Assembly (NCBI RefSeq): GCF_963921235.1
Contig: NC_086097.1
Location: 6,758,001-6,822,000, forward strand
From: Mobula hypostoma
Taxonomy: Eukaryota
Length of the DNA: 64,000 nucleotides
Direction of reading: 5' to 3'
Numbering within the stretch: position 1 is the stretch's first letter; each line of letters begins with the position of its first letter. Shown one piece after another: positions 49,256 to 62,959 of the stretch. A program made the position numbers and the translations under genes. The notes beneath the pieces are model-generated. The model was not told where the DNA came from and made no database searches. It worked only from the letters and a program-made list of their open reading frames with translations.

Positions 49256-52200
49256 GACAAAACAATGTTGAACATCTTTCAACTTGAGACGCTCCAAAGT
49301 AATGTTTCTTGTTGACCAAAAGACTTCATTCCCACATTTAAAGAGCAAACTTGCTTTTAATTATCGGTGAAAATATACCCAAAAAGGGTCAGCTGAATGG
49401 TAAAACATTGATCAGGTAGAGTTGCTGCAGCCTTATATTTGATCCTGAGCTCTGGTGCTGTCTATGTGGAGCTTTCAGGATCACAAACAGGTTTAATATA
49501 ATTGGCATACCTCATTAAATTTGTTTCGTGGCAGCCGTAGATTGAAATACATAATAATTAAAAACATATAAATTCAAATAAGAAATATATATTAAAAATA
49601 AATTAAAAGTAGTGAAAAATGGAGAGTAAAAAGAAAGAAAAAAGTCATGAGGTAGTGTACATAGGTGCATTGTCCATTCAGAAATCTGATGTGGAGGGGA
49701 AGAAGCTGTTCCTAAAACATTGAGTGTGTGTCTTCTGACTCCGGTACCTCTTCCTTGATGGTAGCAATGAAAAGACAGTATGTCCTGGGTGATGAAGATC
49801 CTTAATAATAGATGCTGATTTCCTGAGGCATCGCATTGTGAAGATATCCTGGATGCTGGGGATGCTGGTGCCCAAGATGGAGCTGACTGAGTTCACAACT
49901 TTCTGCAGCTTTTCACAATCTTATGCAGTGGTCCTTCCATACAGGATGGCAATGCAACCAGTTAGAATGCCCATCAAGTACATGTGGAGCAAGTCCAAAG
50001 AGCTGATTATTATAACCATATAACAATTACAGCACGGAAACAGGACATCTTGACCTTTCTAGTCCGTGCTGAACTCTTACTCCCACCTAGTCCCACTCAC
50101 CTGCACTCAGCCCATAGCCCTCCATTCCTTTCCTGTCCATATAGCTGTCCAATTTAACTTTAAATGACAACGTCGAACCTGCCTCAACCACTTCTGCTGG
50201 AAGCTCGTTCCACACAGCTACCACTCTCTGAGTAAAGAAGTGCCCCCTCATGTTACCCCTAAACTTTTGCCCTTTAACTCTCAACTCATGTCCTCTTGTT
50301 TGAATCTCCCCCACTGTCAATGGAAAAAGCCTATCCACGTCAACTCTATCGATCCCCTTCATAATTTTAAATACCTCTATCTTGTACCCCCTCAACCTTC
50401 TATGTTCCAAAGAATAAACACCCAACTTGTTCAACCTTTCTCTGTAACTTAGGTGATGAAACCCAGATAACATTCTAGTAAATCTTCTCTGTACTCTCTC
50501 TATTTTGTTGACATCCTTCCTATAATTCGGTGACTAAAACTGTACACAATACTCCAAATTTGGCCTCAGCAATGCCTTGTACAATTTCAACATTATATCC
50601 CAACTCGTATACTCAATGCTCTGATTTATAAAGGCCAGCGTAACAAAAGCTTCCTTCACCACCCTATCCACATGAGATTCCACCTTCAGGGAACTATGCA
50701 CCATTATTCCTAGATCCCTCTGTTCTACTGCATTCTTCAATGCCCTAACATTTACCATGTATGTCCTATTTTGATAAGTCCTACCAAAATGTAGCACCTC
50801 ACATATATCAGCATTAAACTCCATCTGCCATCTTTCAGCCCGCTCTTCTAACTGGCCTAAATCTCTCTGCAAGCTTTGAAAACCTACTTCATTATCCACA
50901 ACTCCACCTATCTTAGTATCATCTGCATACTTACTCATCCAATTTACCATCCCATCATCAAGATCATTAATGTATATGATAAATAACATTGGACCCAGTA
51001 CAGATCCCTGAGGCACACCACTAGTCTCCAACTTCCAATCTGAAAAAACAGTTATCTACCACCACTCTCTGGCATCTCCCATCCAGCCACTGCTGAATCC
51101 ATTTTACTACTTCAATATTATTACCTAATGATTGAACCTTCCTAACAAACCTTCTGTGTGGGACCTTGTCAAAGGCTTTACTGAAGTCCATATAGACAAC
51201 ATCCACTGCTTTACCCTCATCAACTTTCCTCGTAACCTCATCAAAAAATTCAATAAGATTTGTCAAATATGACCTTCCATGCACAAATCCATGTTGACTG
51301 ATCCTAATCAGACCCTGTCTATCCAGATAATTATATATACCATTCCTAAGATTACTTTCCATCAATTTACCCACCAATGACGTCAAACTCACAGGCCGAT
51401 AATTGCTAGGTTTACTCTTAGATCCCTTTTTAAACAATGGAACAACATGAGCAATATGCCAATCCTCCGGCATCATCCCCATTGCCAATGACATTTGAAA
51501 TATTTCTGTCAAAGCCCCTGTTATTTCCACACTAACTTCCCTCAAGGTCCTAGGGAATATCCTGTCAGGACCCGCAGACTTATCTACTTTTATATTCCTT
51601 TAAAGCTCCAGTATTTCCTCTTCTTTAATCATCATAGTTTCCATAACTTCCCTACCTGTTTCTCTTATCTTACCCAATTCAATATCCTTCTCCTTAGTGA
51701 ATACCAAAGAAAAGAAATTGTTCAGAATCTTCCCCCGTCTCTTTTGGCTCCACACATAGCTGTGCACTCTGATTCTCTAAGGGACCAATTTTATCCCTCA
51801 CTATCCTTTTGCTATTAATATAACAGTAGAAACTCTTGGGATTTATTTTCACCTTACTTGCCAAAGCCACCTCGTATCTTCTTTTAACTTTTCCAATTTC
51901 TTTCTTAAGATTCTTTTTACATTCTTTATGTTCCTCGAGCACCTCATATTCTCCATGCTGCCTACATTTATTGTAGATATCTCTCTTTTTCCGAACCAAG
52001 TTACCAATATCTCTTGAAAAACATGGCTCTCTCAAACTTCTAACCTTTCTTTTCAACCTAACGGGAACATAAAGATTCTGCACCCTCAAAATTTCACCCT
52101 TAAGTGACCTCCATTTCTCTATTACATTCTTCCCATAAAACAAATTGTCCCAATCCACTCCTTCTAAATCCTTTTGCATCTCCTCAAAGTTAGCCTTTCT

Positions 52201-52704
52201 CCATTCAAAAATCTTAACCCTGGGTCCAGACCTATCCTTCTTTATAATTATATTGAAACTAATAGCATTGTCATCACTGGACCCGAAGTGCTCCCCAACA
52301 CAAACCTCCGTCACCTGACCTATCTCATTCCCTAACAGCAGATCCAACACTGCCCCTTCTCTCATTGGTACCCCTATGTATTGCTGCAAATAACTATCCT
52401 GCGCACATTTTACAAATTCCAAACCATCCAGCCCTTTTACAGTACGGGCTTCCCAGTCTATGTGGGGAAAATTAAAATCTCCCACAATCACAACCTTGTG
52501 CTTACTACAAATATCCGCTATCTCCTTACAAATTTGCTCCTCCAATTCTCTCTCCCCATTTGGTGGTTCTATAATAAACCCCCATTTGAGTTACTACACC
52601 TTTCCCGTTCCTCAATTCCACCCAAATAGCTTCCCTAGATGAGCCCTCTAATCTATCCTGCCAGAGCACCACTGTAATATTTTCTCTGACAAGCGATGCC
52701 ATAC

Positions 52705-54392
52705 AATAGTAGGGGACAGAGGGTCCAGTGAGATGGAGGAACTGAGCGAAATACATGTTAGTAGGGAAGTGGTGTTGGGTAAATTGAAGGGATTGAAGGC
52801 AGATAAATCCCCAGGGCCAGATGGTCTGCATCCTAGAGTGCTTAAAGAAGTAGCCAAAGAAATAGTGGATGCATTAGTGATAATTTGTCAAAACTCTTTA
52901 GATTCTGGACTAGTTCCTGAGGATTGGAGGGTGGCTAATGTAATCCCACTTTTTAAAAGAGGAGGGAGAGAGAAACCGGGGAATTATAGACCGGTTAGCC
53001 TAACGTCGGTGGTGTGGAAACTGCTGGAGTCAGTTATCAAAGATGTGATAACAGCACATTTGGAAAGCGGTGAAATGATCGGACAAAGTCAGCATGGATT
53101 TGTGAAAGGAAAATCATGTCTGACGAATCTCATAGAATTTTTTGAGGATGTAACTAGTAGAGTGGATAGGGGAGAACCAGTGGATGTGGTATATTTGGAT
53201 TTTCAAAAGGCTTTTGACAAGGTCCCACACAGGAGATTAGTGTGCAAACTTAAAGCACACGGTATTGGGGGTAAGGTATTGGTGTGGGTGGAGAATTGGT
53301 TAGCAGACAGGAAGCAAAGAGTGGGAATAAACGGGACCTTTTCAGAATGGCAGGCGGTGACTAGTGGGGTACCGCAAGGCTCAGTGCTGGGACTCCAGTT
53401 GTTTACAATATATATTAATGACTTGGATGAGGGAATTGAATGCAGCATCTCCAAGTTTGCGGATGACACAAAGCTGGGTGGCAGTGTTAGCTGTGAGGAG
53501 GATGCTAAGAGGATGCAGGGTGACTTGGATAGGTTGGGTGAGTGGGCAAATTCATGGCAGATGCAATTTAATGTGGATAAATGTGAAGTTATCCACTTTG
53601 GTGGCAAAAATAGGAAAACAGATTATTATCTAAATGGTGGCCGATTAGGAAAAGGGGAAGTGCAACGAGACCTGGGTGTCATTATACACCAGTCATTGAA
53701 AGTGGGCATGCAGGTACAGCAGGCGGTGAAAAAGGCGAATGGTATGCTGGCATTTATAGCGAGAGGATTCGAGTACAGGAGCAGGGAGGTACTACTGCAG
53801 TTGTACAAGGCCTTGGTGAGACCACACCTGGAGTATTGTGTGCAGGTTTGGTCCCCTAATCTGAGGAAAGACATCCTTGCCATAGAGGGAGTACAAAGAA
53901 GGTTCACCAGATTGATTCCTGGGATGGCAGGACTTTCATATGAAGAAATACTGGATGAACTGGGCTTGTACTCATTGGAATTTAGAAGACTGAGGGGGGA
54001 TCTGATTGAAACGTATAAGATCCTAAAGGGATTGGACAGGCTAGATGCAAGAAGATTGTTCCCTATGTTGGGGAAGTCCAGAACGAGGGGCCACAGTTTG
54101 AGGATAGAGGGGAAGCTTTTTAGGACCGAGATTAGGAAAAACTTCTTCACACAGAGAGTGGTGAATCTGTGGAATTCTCTGCCACAGGAAACAGTTGAGG
54201 CCAGTTCATTGGCTATATTTAAGAGGGAGTTAGATATGGCCCTTGTGGCTACGGGGATCAGGGGGTATGGAGGGAAGGCTGGGGTGGGGTTCTGAGTTGG
54301 GATGATCAGCCATGATCATAATAAATGGCGGTGCAGGCTCGAAGGGCAAAATGGCCTACTCTTGCACCTATTTTCTATGTTTCTATGTTTCT
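52705..54392 (+). mobile_element. Young 5'-truncated CR1 nested in the full-length CR1
   Basis: Flanked by ATAC (52701-52704, 54393-54396). 3' stem-loop and (tttctatg)n tail. Confidence 0.95.
52733..54295 (+). CDS. Uninterrupted CR1 ORF2 RT + C-terminal region (520 aa, no EN)
   Basis: KSPGPDG, NYRPVSLTS, DFQKAFDKVPH, GVPQGSVLG, FADDTK, without stops. Probably not expressed on its own. Confidence 0.85.
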   Translation: MEELSEIHVSREVVLGKLKGLKADKSPGPDGLHPRVLKEVAKEIVDALVIICQNSLDSGLVPEDWRVANVIPLFKRGGREKPGNYRPVSLTSVVWKLLESVIKDVITAHLESGEMIGQSQHGFVKGKSCLTNLIEFFEDVTSRVDRGEPVDVVYLDFQKAFDKVPHRRLVCKLKAHGIGGKVLVWVENWLADRKQRVGINGTFSEWQAVTSGVPQGSVLGLQLFTIYINDLDEGIECSISKFADDTKLGGSVSCEEDAKRMQGDLDRLGEWANSWQMQFNVDKCEVIHFGGKNRKTDYYLNGGRLGKGEVQRDLGVIIHQSLKVGMQVQQAVKKANGMLAFIARGFEYRSREVLLQLYKALVRPHLEYCVQVWSPNLRKDILAIEGVQRRFTRLIPGMAGLSYEEILDELGLYSLEFRRLRGDLIETYKILKGLDRLDARRLFPMLGKSRTRGHSLRIEGKLFRTEIRKNFFTQRVVNLWNSLPQETVEASSLAIFKRELDMALVATGIRGYGGKAGVGF

Positions 54393-54708
54393 ATACCTCC
54401 CCCTCTTGTCCCTCCAATTCTATCACACCTAAAGCTATTAAATCCAGGAATATTTAGTTGCCGATCACACCCCTCCTGTAACCATGTTTCACTAATAGCT
54501 ACCGCATCGTACTTCCAGGTATCAATCCATGCTTTAAGCTCATCCACCTTTCTTATAATTCTCCTAGCATTAAAATAAATGTATTTAAGAACTTTTCCAC
54601 CTCTTACTCTCTGTTTATCACCAACGGTGCAAACAACTTTACTATTTTCTTTTTCTTCTTTCTTCCCCACATCTGTTCCTACACTCTGGTTCCCCTCCCC
54701 CCTCGTAT

Positions 54709-55661
54709 CTATTTTAAATCCACCGGAACCTCTCTAGCAAACCTACCTGCAAGGATATTTGTCCCCTTCCAGTTCAGATGTAGACCGCCCCGCCGGAACA
54801 GGTCCCAGCTTCCCTGAAAAACTGCCCAATTATCTATAAATCTGAAGCCCTCCCTCCTGCACCATGTCTTCATCCACGTGTTGATCTGCGCTATCTTACT
54901 ATTTCTAAGCCCGCCTGCATGTGGCACTGGTAGCAATCCTGAGATTGCTATCCTGGAGGTCCTGTCCTTTAACTTGGCTCCTAACTCTCTAAACTCTCCT
55001 TTCAGGACCTCCTCACTCTTCCTACCCACATCGTTGGTCCCTACATGGACCACAACATCCGGCTACTCACCCTCCCTCTTGAGAAGGCCAAGAACTCGAT
55101 CCGAGATATCATGGACCTTGGCACCAAGGAGGCAACAGACCATTCGGGATTCTCAATCTCTTCCACAGAACCTCTTATCTGTCCCTCTTACTATCGAATC
55201 CCCTATCACTACTGCTCTCCTCTTTTCCCTCCTTCCCTTCTGAGCTGAGGGTCCCACCTCAGTGTCAGAGACACAACCACTGCAACTTATCCCTGGTAGG
55301 TCATCCCCATCAACAGTATCCAAGATGATGTACTTATTATTGGTGGAACGGCCACAGGGGCGCTCTGCTCATTCTGTCTATTCCCCTTCCCTCTCCTGAC
55401 AGTCACCCAGCTACCTGTCTCCTGACCCTTAGGGGTGACTATCTCCCTATAACTCCTGTTTATTTCTGCCTCTGCCTCCCGAATGATCCGAAGTTCATCC
55501 AGCTCCAGCTCCAGCTCCAGCTCCAGTTCCCTAACTCGGTTTGTCAGGAGCTGCAGCTGGATGCACCTTTTACAGGTGTAGTCATCAGGGATGATTGTGC
55601 TCACCCTGGCTTCCCACATCCTGCAAACGGAGCCCTCAACCGCCCTAATTGCTGCCTCCAT
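54709..55661 (-). pseudogene. CR1 ORF1: Zn-finger/coiled-coil + SGNH/GDSL esterase-like domain
   Basis: CRMWE..YTCKRC, leucine-rich ELELELD, VIGDSIVRG (about 55200), HVGTND, ISGLLP, GLHLN..G. Contains frameshifts and stops. Confidence 0.85.
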
Positions 55662-57907
55662 TACCTACTCCTAAGGTAATTAGATATATTAAAGGAACTT
55701 ATCTGGCCTTACCTCAATTGGAGTGAAGCTCTTCCTCAGCCTCTGCTCGCCAAAGCCTCAGGAGCCAAAGCCTTCCTACTCTGTCTGCCTCTAATCCATC
55801 GCCTGCTCCATTAATCTGCTCTTTTTTAAATACTCCCGCTGCCTCACGGTCCGTCTTACACGCACTTGCGCAGTCGTGCCCCGTTCGACTGTCGAAGAAA
55901 ATTATTGGCTTCAGGAAGAGGAAACCGGGGATCCATGAGCCAGTCTTCATCAGCAGATCAGACATGGAGAGGTTAGCAAATTCAAATTCCTCTGTTATCT
56001 TTTCAGTGGGCCTGTCCTAGGCCCAGCACACAAGTGCAATTACAAAGAAAGCACGTCATTGCCTCTACTTCCTTATGTGATTGTGAAGATTCACATGCAA
56101 TCTAAAAGTTTCACAAATTCCTATACAGTATAACTGTGGTGGAGGGTATATTGACTGGCCGTAACACTGCCTGGTATGGAAACATCAATGCCCTTGAATG
56201 GAAAATCCTACAAAAAATAGTGACTACGACCCAGTGCATCACAGGTAAAACCCTCCCCACCATTTGAGCACATCTACATGGAGCGTTGTCGCAGGAAAAC
56301 AGCATCCATCATCAGGGCACCCCACCGGCCTGTTGGTGCGGCCGATTATTAATTCTGTTATGGTTGTTGGATTTATTGAGCATGCCCGCATGGAAATAAA
56401 TGTTGGGTTTGTACAATGTGACATTTACAGTATGTACTTTGATAATAAATGTACTTTCAACTTTGAACATCCCTAAGTTGTGCTGGTAGGTTAACTGGCT
56501 GCTGCAAATTACCCTTGGTGTCTATGGGAGTTAGAGCTGATGGACATGTGACAAGGAATAGATTATCAGGAAATAGTGGGGGAATGGAACTGTGAAGATT
56601 ATCTCAGCACCAGCAAAGACTTCATGAGCAAAATAGCCTCCTTTCATGTTGTCAAGTACAAAACAGCTTTTGGAAATTGACGCTGAAGGCTATCTCCTTT
56701 CTCTAGTCAAACTAAAGCAAATAACATACAAAGCAATTACTCATTTAAGGACTCAGAGGGCTGAATATTTTTGTAATTATCTACCAATGCTCTGCTGATG
56801 GGTATATTCAAGTCTAGGACAAAGAGGTTTTTAGACTTGAAGGCAATGGTTCCAACCTGGGTCCATGGACCCTTCAGTTAATGGCATAGAAATGGTTGGT
56901 AAACCCTGCTCTAAGGGAATCAAGGATTAAGGTAAATAGGTGTAGAAATTGTGTTGGGGATCATCTGACGTCTTGCTAAGTGACAGAACAAGCTCTGACG
57001 CTCATGTAGCCTAATCCTGTTCCTTAATCTATATCCTTATATAGTGAAGGGCCTGAAATAACCATCAATAGTCAAGATAAAAGAAGGAGAATATATTAAT
57101 CTACCATTATTTTCACAGGAATATATCAATACCCAGTTGACAGATTACCTACTGCATAAACCATAATTTTAAAAAACATATGGTCCACTTAAACAATAAA
57201 GCATAGTACTTCCAATGCAGTCAATTAATTTGATTACAGTTAATTTAAGACCACCTGCATAATTTTGCAATTAAGCATAGTATAAATAATTATTTTACTT
57301 AACATGTTCCTAATTCCTTACTGAAAACTAAGTGGGTGGCAAAATAATTTGTTTAAAAGCTGGAAAGAAATGAAGTAATTAGAAGCTTGTTGTCACAACT
57401 CTTCTGAAACAACTCCCCAGAGATTAAAGTATTTCCAAATATGAACACTTGACAGTATTCTTCATCTGGAGAGACCAAACACTAATCTATAAACGTAGAG
57501 ATACAAGAGGCTGTAAGATGCTGGAATCTGAAGCATCAAATAATCTAGTGGAAGAACTTAGTAAGTCAGTCAGTATCTGTGGGAGGAAAGGAATTATGGA
57601 TGTTTTGTGCTGAAGCAAACATTAGGTCACAGTTATGACAAGTTTTTCAGAAGTTTGTAGTTTATCTAATTGTTCTTATTTTGGGAAAGCCAATATATAA
57701 ATCACACACTAAGTCAATAATTCAACAGCAACAAGAAAAAGTGAATTATAAAAATATTTTGGAGTTAACAGTGCTAAATTAAGAGATCTGGATTGAACAA
57801 TGGTCAATGATAGCTTCTGTCATAATGGTGTCTCAGTCACTGGAGAGGCTGGTGGATATGAAAAAGGTTCAAAATTCAAAGTACATTTATTATCATAGTA
57901 TCTATAT

Positions 57908-59053
57908 CAGGGGTCGGCAACCTTTTTGCCTCTGCGGGCCGGATTGACTATTAATGAGCGGACGGTGGGCCAGATAAATACCATAAAAAACTTGAAATAT
58001 GGGAATTATCCATTTAAATAAATCTAGTTATGTTTTGCCTCAAATTAATGAATAACATTTGTGCTTAACCAAGAATGCCAATTAGTAATCAAAGAACTCG
58101 GTTTAGTTTTTCTGTCCCACCATTGCTGGTGCCCCATCAGTTTTGATGCCAATTAGCTTCGACACATTAAGTTTCATTTCTGACATTGCTTTCAGCAAAG
58201 CTTCAAAAATGTCTGCCCCAGTAACCGTGTCCTTCATAGGAATTAAATTGAATAAAATTTGAAAAGTTGAGGTCACTCCTCGCACAAACACTCAAGCCTG
58301 TACTCTTATTATGCACAATTGAAAAAAAAATGCAATTCGTTGCAGGCATCCCTTAAACAACTTTTAACATCTGCTGACATTTCTTCAACTCACCGTGTGA
58401 TCGTTCTTGCTGACAGGCTGATAGATGCAAATAAAGGTTTCTTTTCAGGACAAACAATATCCACCACTGCCAGTAAACATTCTTTCACAAACTCTCCATC
58501 TGTAAAAGGCTTCATCTTTTCTGCAATACGTTTTGAGACTTCGTAGCTGGCACAGGTATTTCCTTCATTTTCACTGCTTTTTCGACACTCAGCGTCTACC
58601 TTCCTGCGTTTTGCATTCATTGCCATCGGAATTTTTTTCTTTGATTTTATTTCGAAACACGAGTTATTCAACAAGTATCGTAGCGCATGTAAATATCTGG
58701 ATGTTTAGCGTGGATTTCTTGTTAAAACACGGTGACGTCATTTCTGTTTACAAATTTGAATGATCCCATCTGAAAGCCTGCGCGGCACGGAGAGTATCTG
58801 ATACATATTAATAAGGTAGTCTGCCTTCCCGTTATTCGTATGTAGCAGAGTTTGGTTTGGAACAAAACGGAACTTGGGGCCAGTGTAACAGGACGCCATG
58901 CATGTCCATCAGTGTGGTCGTGTGAAACACTCAGAATAAGGAAAAATCATTCACGGGCCGGATAAGCATAGTATCTCAATATTTGCTTGCGGTCTGGTCA
59001 AAATACCTTCGCGGGCTAGATCTATCCCGCGGGCCGTAGGTTGCCTACGCCTG
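57908..59053 (-). mobile_element. hAT (Charlie/Buster, GTF2IRD2/EPM2AIP1-like) deletion derivative
   Basis: TIRs caggggtcggcaacct / aggttgcctacgcctg (14/16 match) and perfect 8-bp TSD ATCTATAT (57900-57907, 59054-59061). Remnants KRRKVDAECR, KPFTDGEFVKECL..SLSARTITR, FVRGV, TDGAPAMVG. Confidence 0.95.
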
Positions 59054-60077
59054 ATCTATATTATATACAACCATGAGATTTATCTTCTTGCATACAGCAT
59101 TAAACAAAGAGACACAATAGAATCCGCACATCGTCCCACACAACAAGATCTTTGGGTCAAGATGGCACCTGCATACAATGCTCCATCGGCCGATATGTCC
59201 TGGATAGATCATGAAACCATATATTTCACTTCTTCTGTTTTTCACGTTTGTTTTTCAGCATGATTCTGGAACTGTTGGAGCCTGTGATTTGCTGTTTGGA
59301 GATTGCCTGGGTGTTCCAGCGCTCTGCGGTCTCCAAGAGGATTCTAGGAGGCAGAGACAGTGTGTGGGAACCTCATGGCGGGCAGGCTGTGAGCCGATGT
59401 TCGACTTCATCTCACCAATTAAAACTTCCATTGTTTGCCGATTAAACCGACAGGGAGATTGAAGCATTAAGGTGAGTGTGGCTGCGTGTCTTTTGATTGC
59501 TCTGTACCGGAGATGGAGAGATCTGTTGCTGGGCTGGAAGAATGTTCCCTAGATTTTCTATGTTTTGGATGTGACTCAGGCTGTAGACTTTTTTCCAGTC
59601 TCACAGATTTTATATTTTGTGTTTTTCACCTGATCTTTCTGTGTGGGGAGGAGGGATTTGGGGGTCGATGAGCCTGTTCCATTTTTGTTCATTTTTTTGT
59701 GCGGGGAGTGGGGTTTTGGGGGTTGATAATTGTGCTGCCTTCCAGTTCTTTCTTAGTTTCATGGCTACCCAGAGAAGAAGAATTTTAAGTATTGTATTTT
59801 GATAATAAATGAACCTTTGAACCATTGAACAAAGACTGACATATCCAATGTGTGAAAGCAAGAATGAATCGTGCAAACAATAAATAAGGTGAACAAATAA
59901 CATGAACTGCAGTGTCCCTGAAAGTGAGTCCACAGCCACAGAGCCAGTTTAGCGCTGAGGAGAATGAAGATGGTCCAGCAGCCCAATGGCTACAGCTCAC
60001 AGTCACAGGGCCAGCTCACTGAGGTGAGCAAAGCGGAATAGCTCCAGCCCTCAGTTGCAGAGTCAGTTGAAGGTCTT

Positions 60078-60663
60078 TGTGACCCTCAGGCTCACCCAGC
60101 TCACGTTCGTCTAGGGGGAAACAGCCTTCGGCCCCGCCAAACTGGGTAATCACGTTTGTATGGATGCTGTGTAATGTACTCCCAGTTACAAAACCACAAC
60201 GCAAAATATCAGACAGTGCACCATATGTAATTAAATGATTGAACTTTATGAATCTTATTCTGAATATAGGGTTAGTAATGAAAATAAAAAGGGCCCAAGT
60301 CAAGTCAAAGTTCACGTTGGAGCTCATTCAGTAGTCATTCTTCCACCACCGGTCTCCTCCGAGCATCGCCGACCTTCGGACCCTCAGATCCCAGTCCATT
60401 CCGTCTGGTGGTCTACCAGCTCTCTCCACACGCGTCCTCCCTCTTCCTCTCTCCTCAACAAAAGACCGCGAGAAAAATATCCTTCCAGATACACAAGACA
60501 AAACAACAATCTCCAATTTTCTAACATGCATACTCTAGTCCTGTTATCTCCAGCCATAACCCAAACATTGCTGCTACAGAGAAACTGTTACCTCAGCAGT
60601 AAACATTACAGAGTAGCCATTACATTAACCTTAGCAGTGAAACATTACAAAGAAGCCATTACA
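60078..60663. mobile_element. Probable solo LTR
   Basis: Ends in ...cattaca, with internal cattaca direct repeats. The left boundary is uncertain (TG at 60078 or tgtaatg at 60170) and there is no clean TSD. Confidence 0.45.
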
Positions 60664-62959
60664 TCATTTTTTCATCACAAAAGCAGGCATTTTTGGAAGA
60701 CACTCTTGGCTGAGTCTCCCATACTCCAAGTACCCTTAAGGAAAATAGGTAGGTGATTCAATACAATTTCAATAATTATAACACTACCATTTACTTCAGA
60801 ATGTTGTGTCTGATACATGGTTCATTGTAGGTAAATATTTATAGTAGTAGCACATTATAACTGCTAAGACAACAAATAATCTTCAAAAATCTTTGTTGTG
60901 ACAAACTAATTCACAAGGATAGTCTAAAAGTTTCTGAAGTCAGAAAACCAGACACCCAGAGGGTGTTGTAAGGGTTAATTCTCTGGGTACACAAAAATCC
61001 CAATTATTGAAAGGACAAGTATGTGTATGACTGTGTTTTAATAGGTTAACTGACAAAATTTAGTCTGGTTCAACACCTCTCCTTCTGTAAACAAGGATAT
61101 GATGAAGAACACAGCCAAGGTTCATTTGGTATCCGTGGAATATTCTGTACTGAAGGTGTTCTTCTATTCACAGAACAACTTTGAACGCTCTTCGACAGAA
61201 CTCACTTGGGAATGTGAAGTGGAGTTTCTTGCTGAAGGACATAATTGAAAAACATATAGAAATTCATTATTAACATGTTCTACTATGTCCAGAGGACAGA
61301 AGTCCAGTTTGCACACTTTTATCATAAAGGTGATGCCTATTCTAAAATGGTTCACACACAATGCCATGCACCCAGTACAGTACTTCATACTGGTGTTTGC
61401 ATGTTCTCCCAGTGACCATGTGAGTTTCCTCAGGATGATCTGGTTTCCTCCCACATTCCAAAGTCATATGTTAATAAATCACATGGGTGTGACTGAGCAG
61501 AGCCTGTTACTGTGCTGTATCTCTAAATAAAAAAATAAAAAAAATAATAAAAATTCCCATTCGCTGAAAGTCAAATGAAGTGCCAGTGGATATCAAAAGC
61601 TGAGAACAGCCTGTATTGTGATGTTGCTGCACTTAAATGAATTTGGCATCCATTTGTCTCTTCTTACACCTTTCCAAAATGCTATTTGTCCAAGTTAAAG
61701 GTGCTACAGGAATTAAATTTGTAGTTGCCGGATGCATAGTTTGCTCAAGTTATCAGGAAATTTAGGATATCGAACACTTTCAGATGGTGACATGAGGGTG
61801 CACAGGAGCGGGGTATATTAGCTAGTTCAATGTCAGTAAAACCAAAGAACTGATTGTGGAATTCAGAAAGGGTAAGATGAGGGAACACGCACCATCTTCA
61901 TAAAGGGATCAGAAGTGGAACGAGCGAGCAATTTCAAGTTCCTGGGTGTCAATATCTCTGAAGGTCTATCCTGGACCCAACATATCAATGCAGCTACAAA
62001 GGAGGCATGACAGAAGCTATATCTCTTTAGGAGATTGAGGAGACCTGGTAGGTCACCAAAGAAACTCACAAATTACTACAGATGTACTGTGGAGAGCATT
62101 TTAACTGGCTACATCACCTGGTATTTTGGGGGCGCTGGGGGGGGGGGGTGCGGTGAGGTCGGTGCTACTGCACAGGATTGTAGTAAGCGGCAGGGAGTTG
62201 TAAACTTAGTCAGCTCCATCATGGGCACTAGCCCCCATAGTATCCAAAACATCTTCAAGGAACAATGCCTCAAAAAGGCATCATCAGTCGTTAAGTATCC
62301 CCATCACCCAGGACATGCCTTGTTCTCATTGCTACCAACAGGAAGGAGGTACAGAAGCCTGAAGAATTCGGGAACTGCTTCTTCCCCTCTGCCATCCAAT
62401 TTCTGAATGGATATTGAACCCATAAACACTACCTCACTACTTTTTCATTTCTATTTTTGCATTACTGATTTAATTTAACTATTTTATTTATACTTACTGT
62501 AATTCAGGTTTTTCTATTATTATGTGTTGCAATGTACGGCTGCTGCAAAGACAACAAATTTTATGACATACACCAGTGATATTAAACCTGAGTCTGATTC
62601 TGACCTAACACCGAGTCCAACAATTTGAAATCATTTTTAGCAGATCTCCACAATTCACTGCATTCTCTTGCAGTGGGTTTGAACAAAATATTCTGCTTCT
62701 CCCTTTTATTTCACTGTTGTGTCACCTTGTACATGTTATAGAGTCATAGAAAACCACAGCACAGAAACAGGCCCTTCAACCCATCTAGTCCATGCTGAAC
62801 CATTTAGGTCCTTAGTCATTTAATTTCTACAGCCTATCAGTGCATTCTGTTTTGTTCTCAAAGTTCAACGTTCAAAGTAAATTTATTATCGAAGTACATA
62901 TGTGTCACCATATACCACCCTGAGATTCATTTACTTGTGGACATTCACAGTAAATCCAT

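Larger units (their letters stand above)
50012..55900 (-). mobile_element. Full-length CR1 LINE (about 4.2 kb without the nested insert), decayed
   Basis: 5'UTR, ORF1, ORF2 (EN: YFNAR, AISETW, GDFN; RT: YADDTK), and an (ataacc/atat) tail. TSD ATTATT at 50006-50011 and 55901-55906. Confidence 0.93.

Noticed and set aside
58103..58674. Possible GTF2IRD2/EPM2AIP1 host gene exons
   Set aside because: It lies within TIRs and an 8-bp TSD and is fragmented, so it is a transposon.
61153..61275. Possible exon after ttctattcacag
   Set aside because: The frames I translated stop soon, there is no clear donor, and no peptide was recognised.
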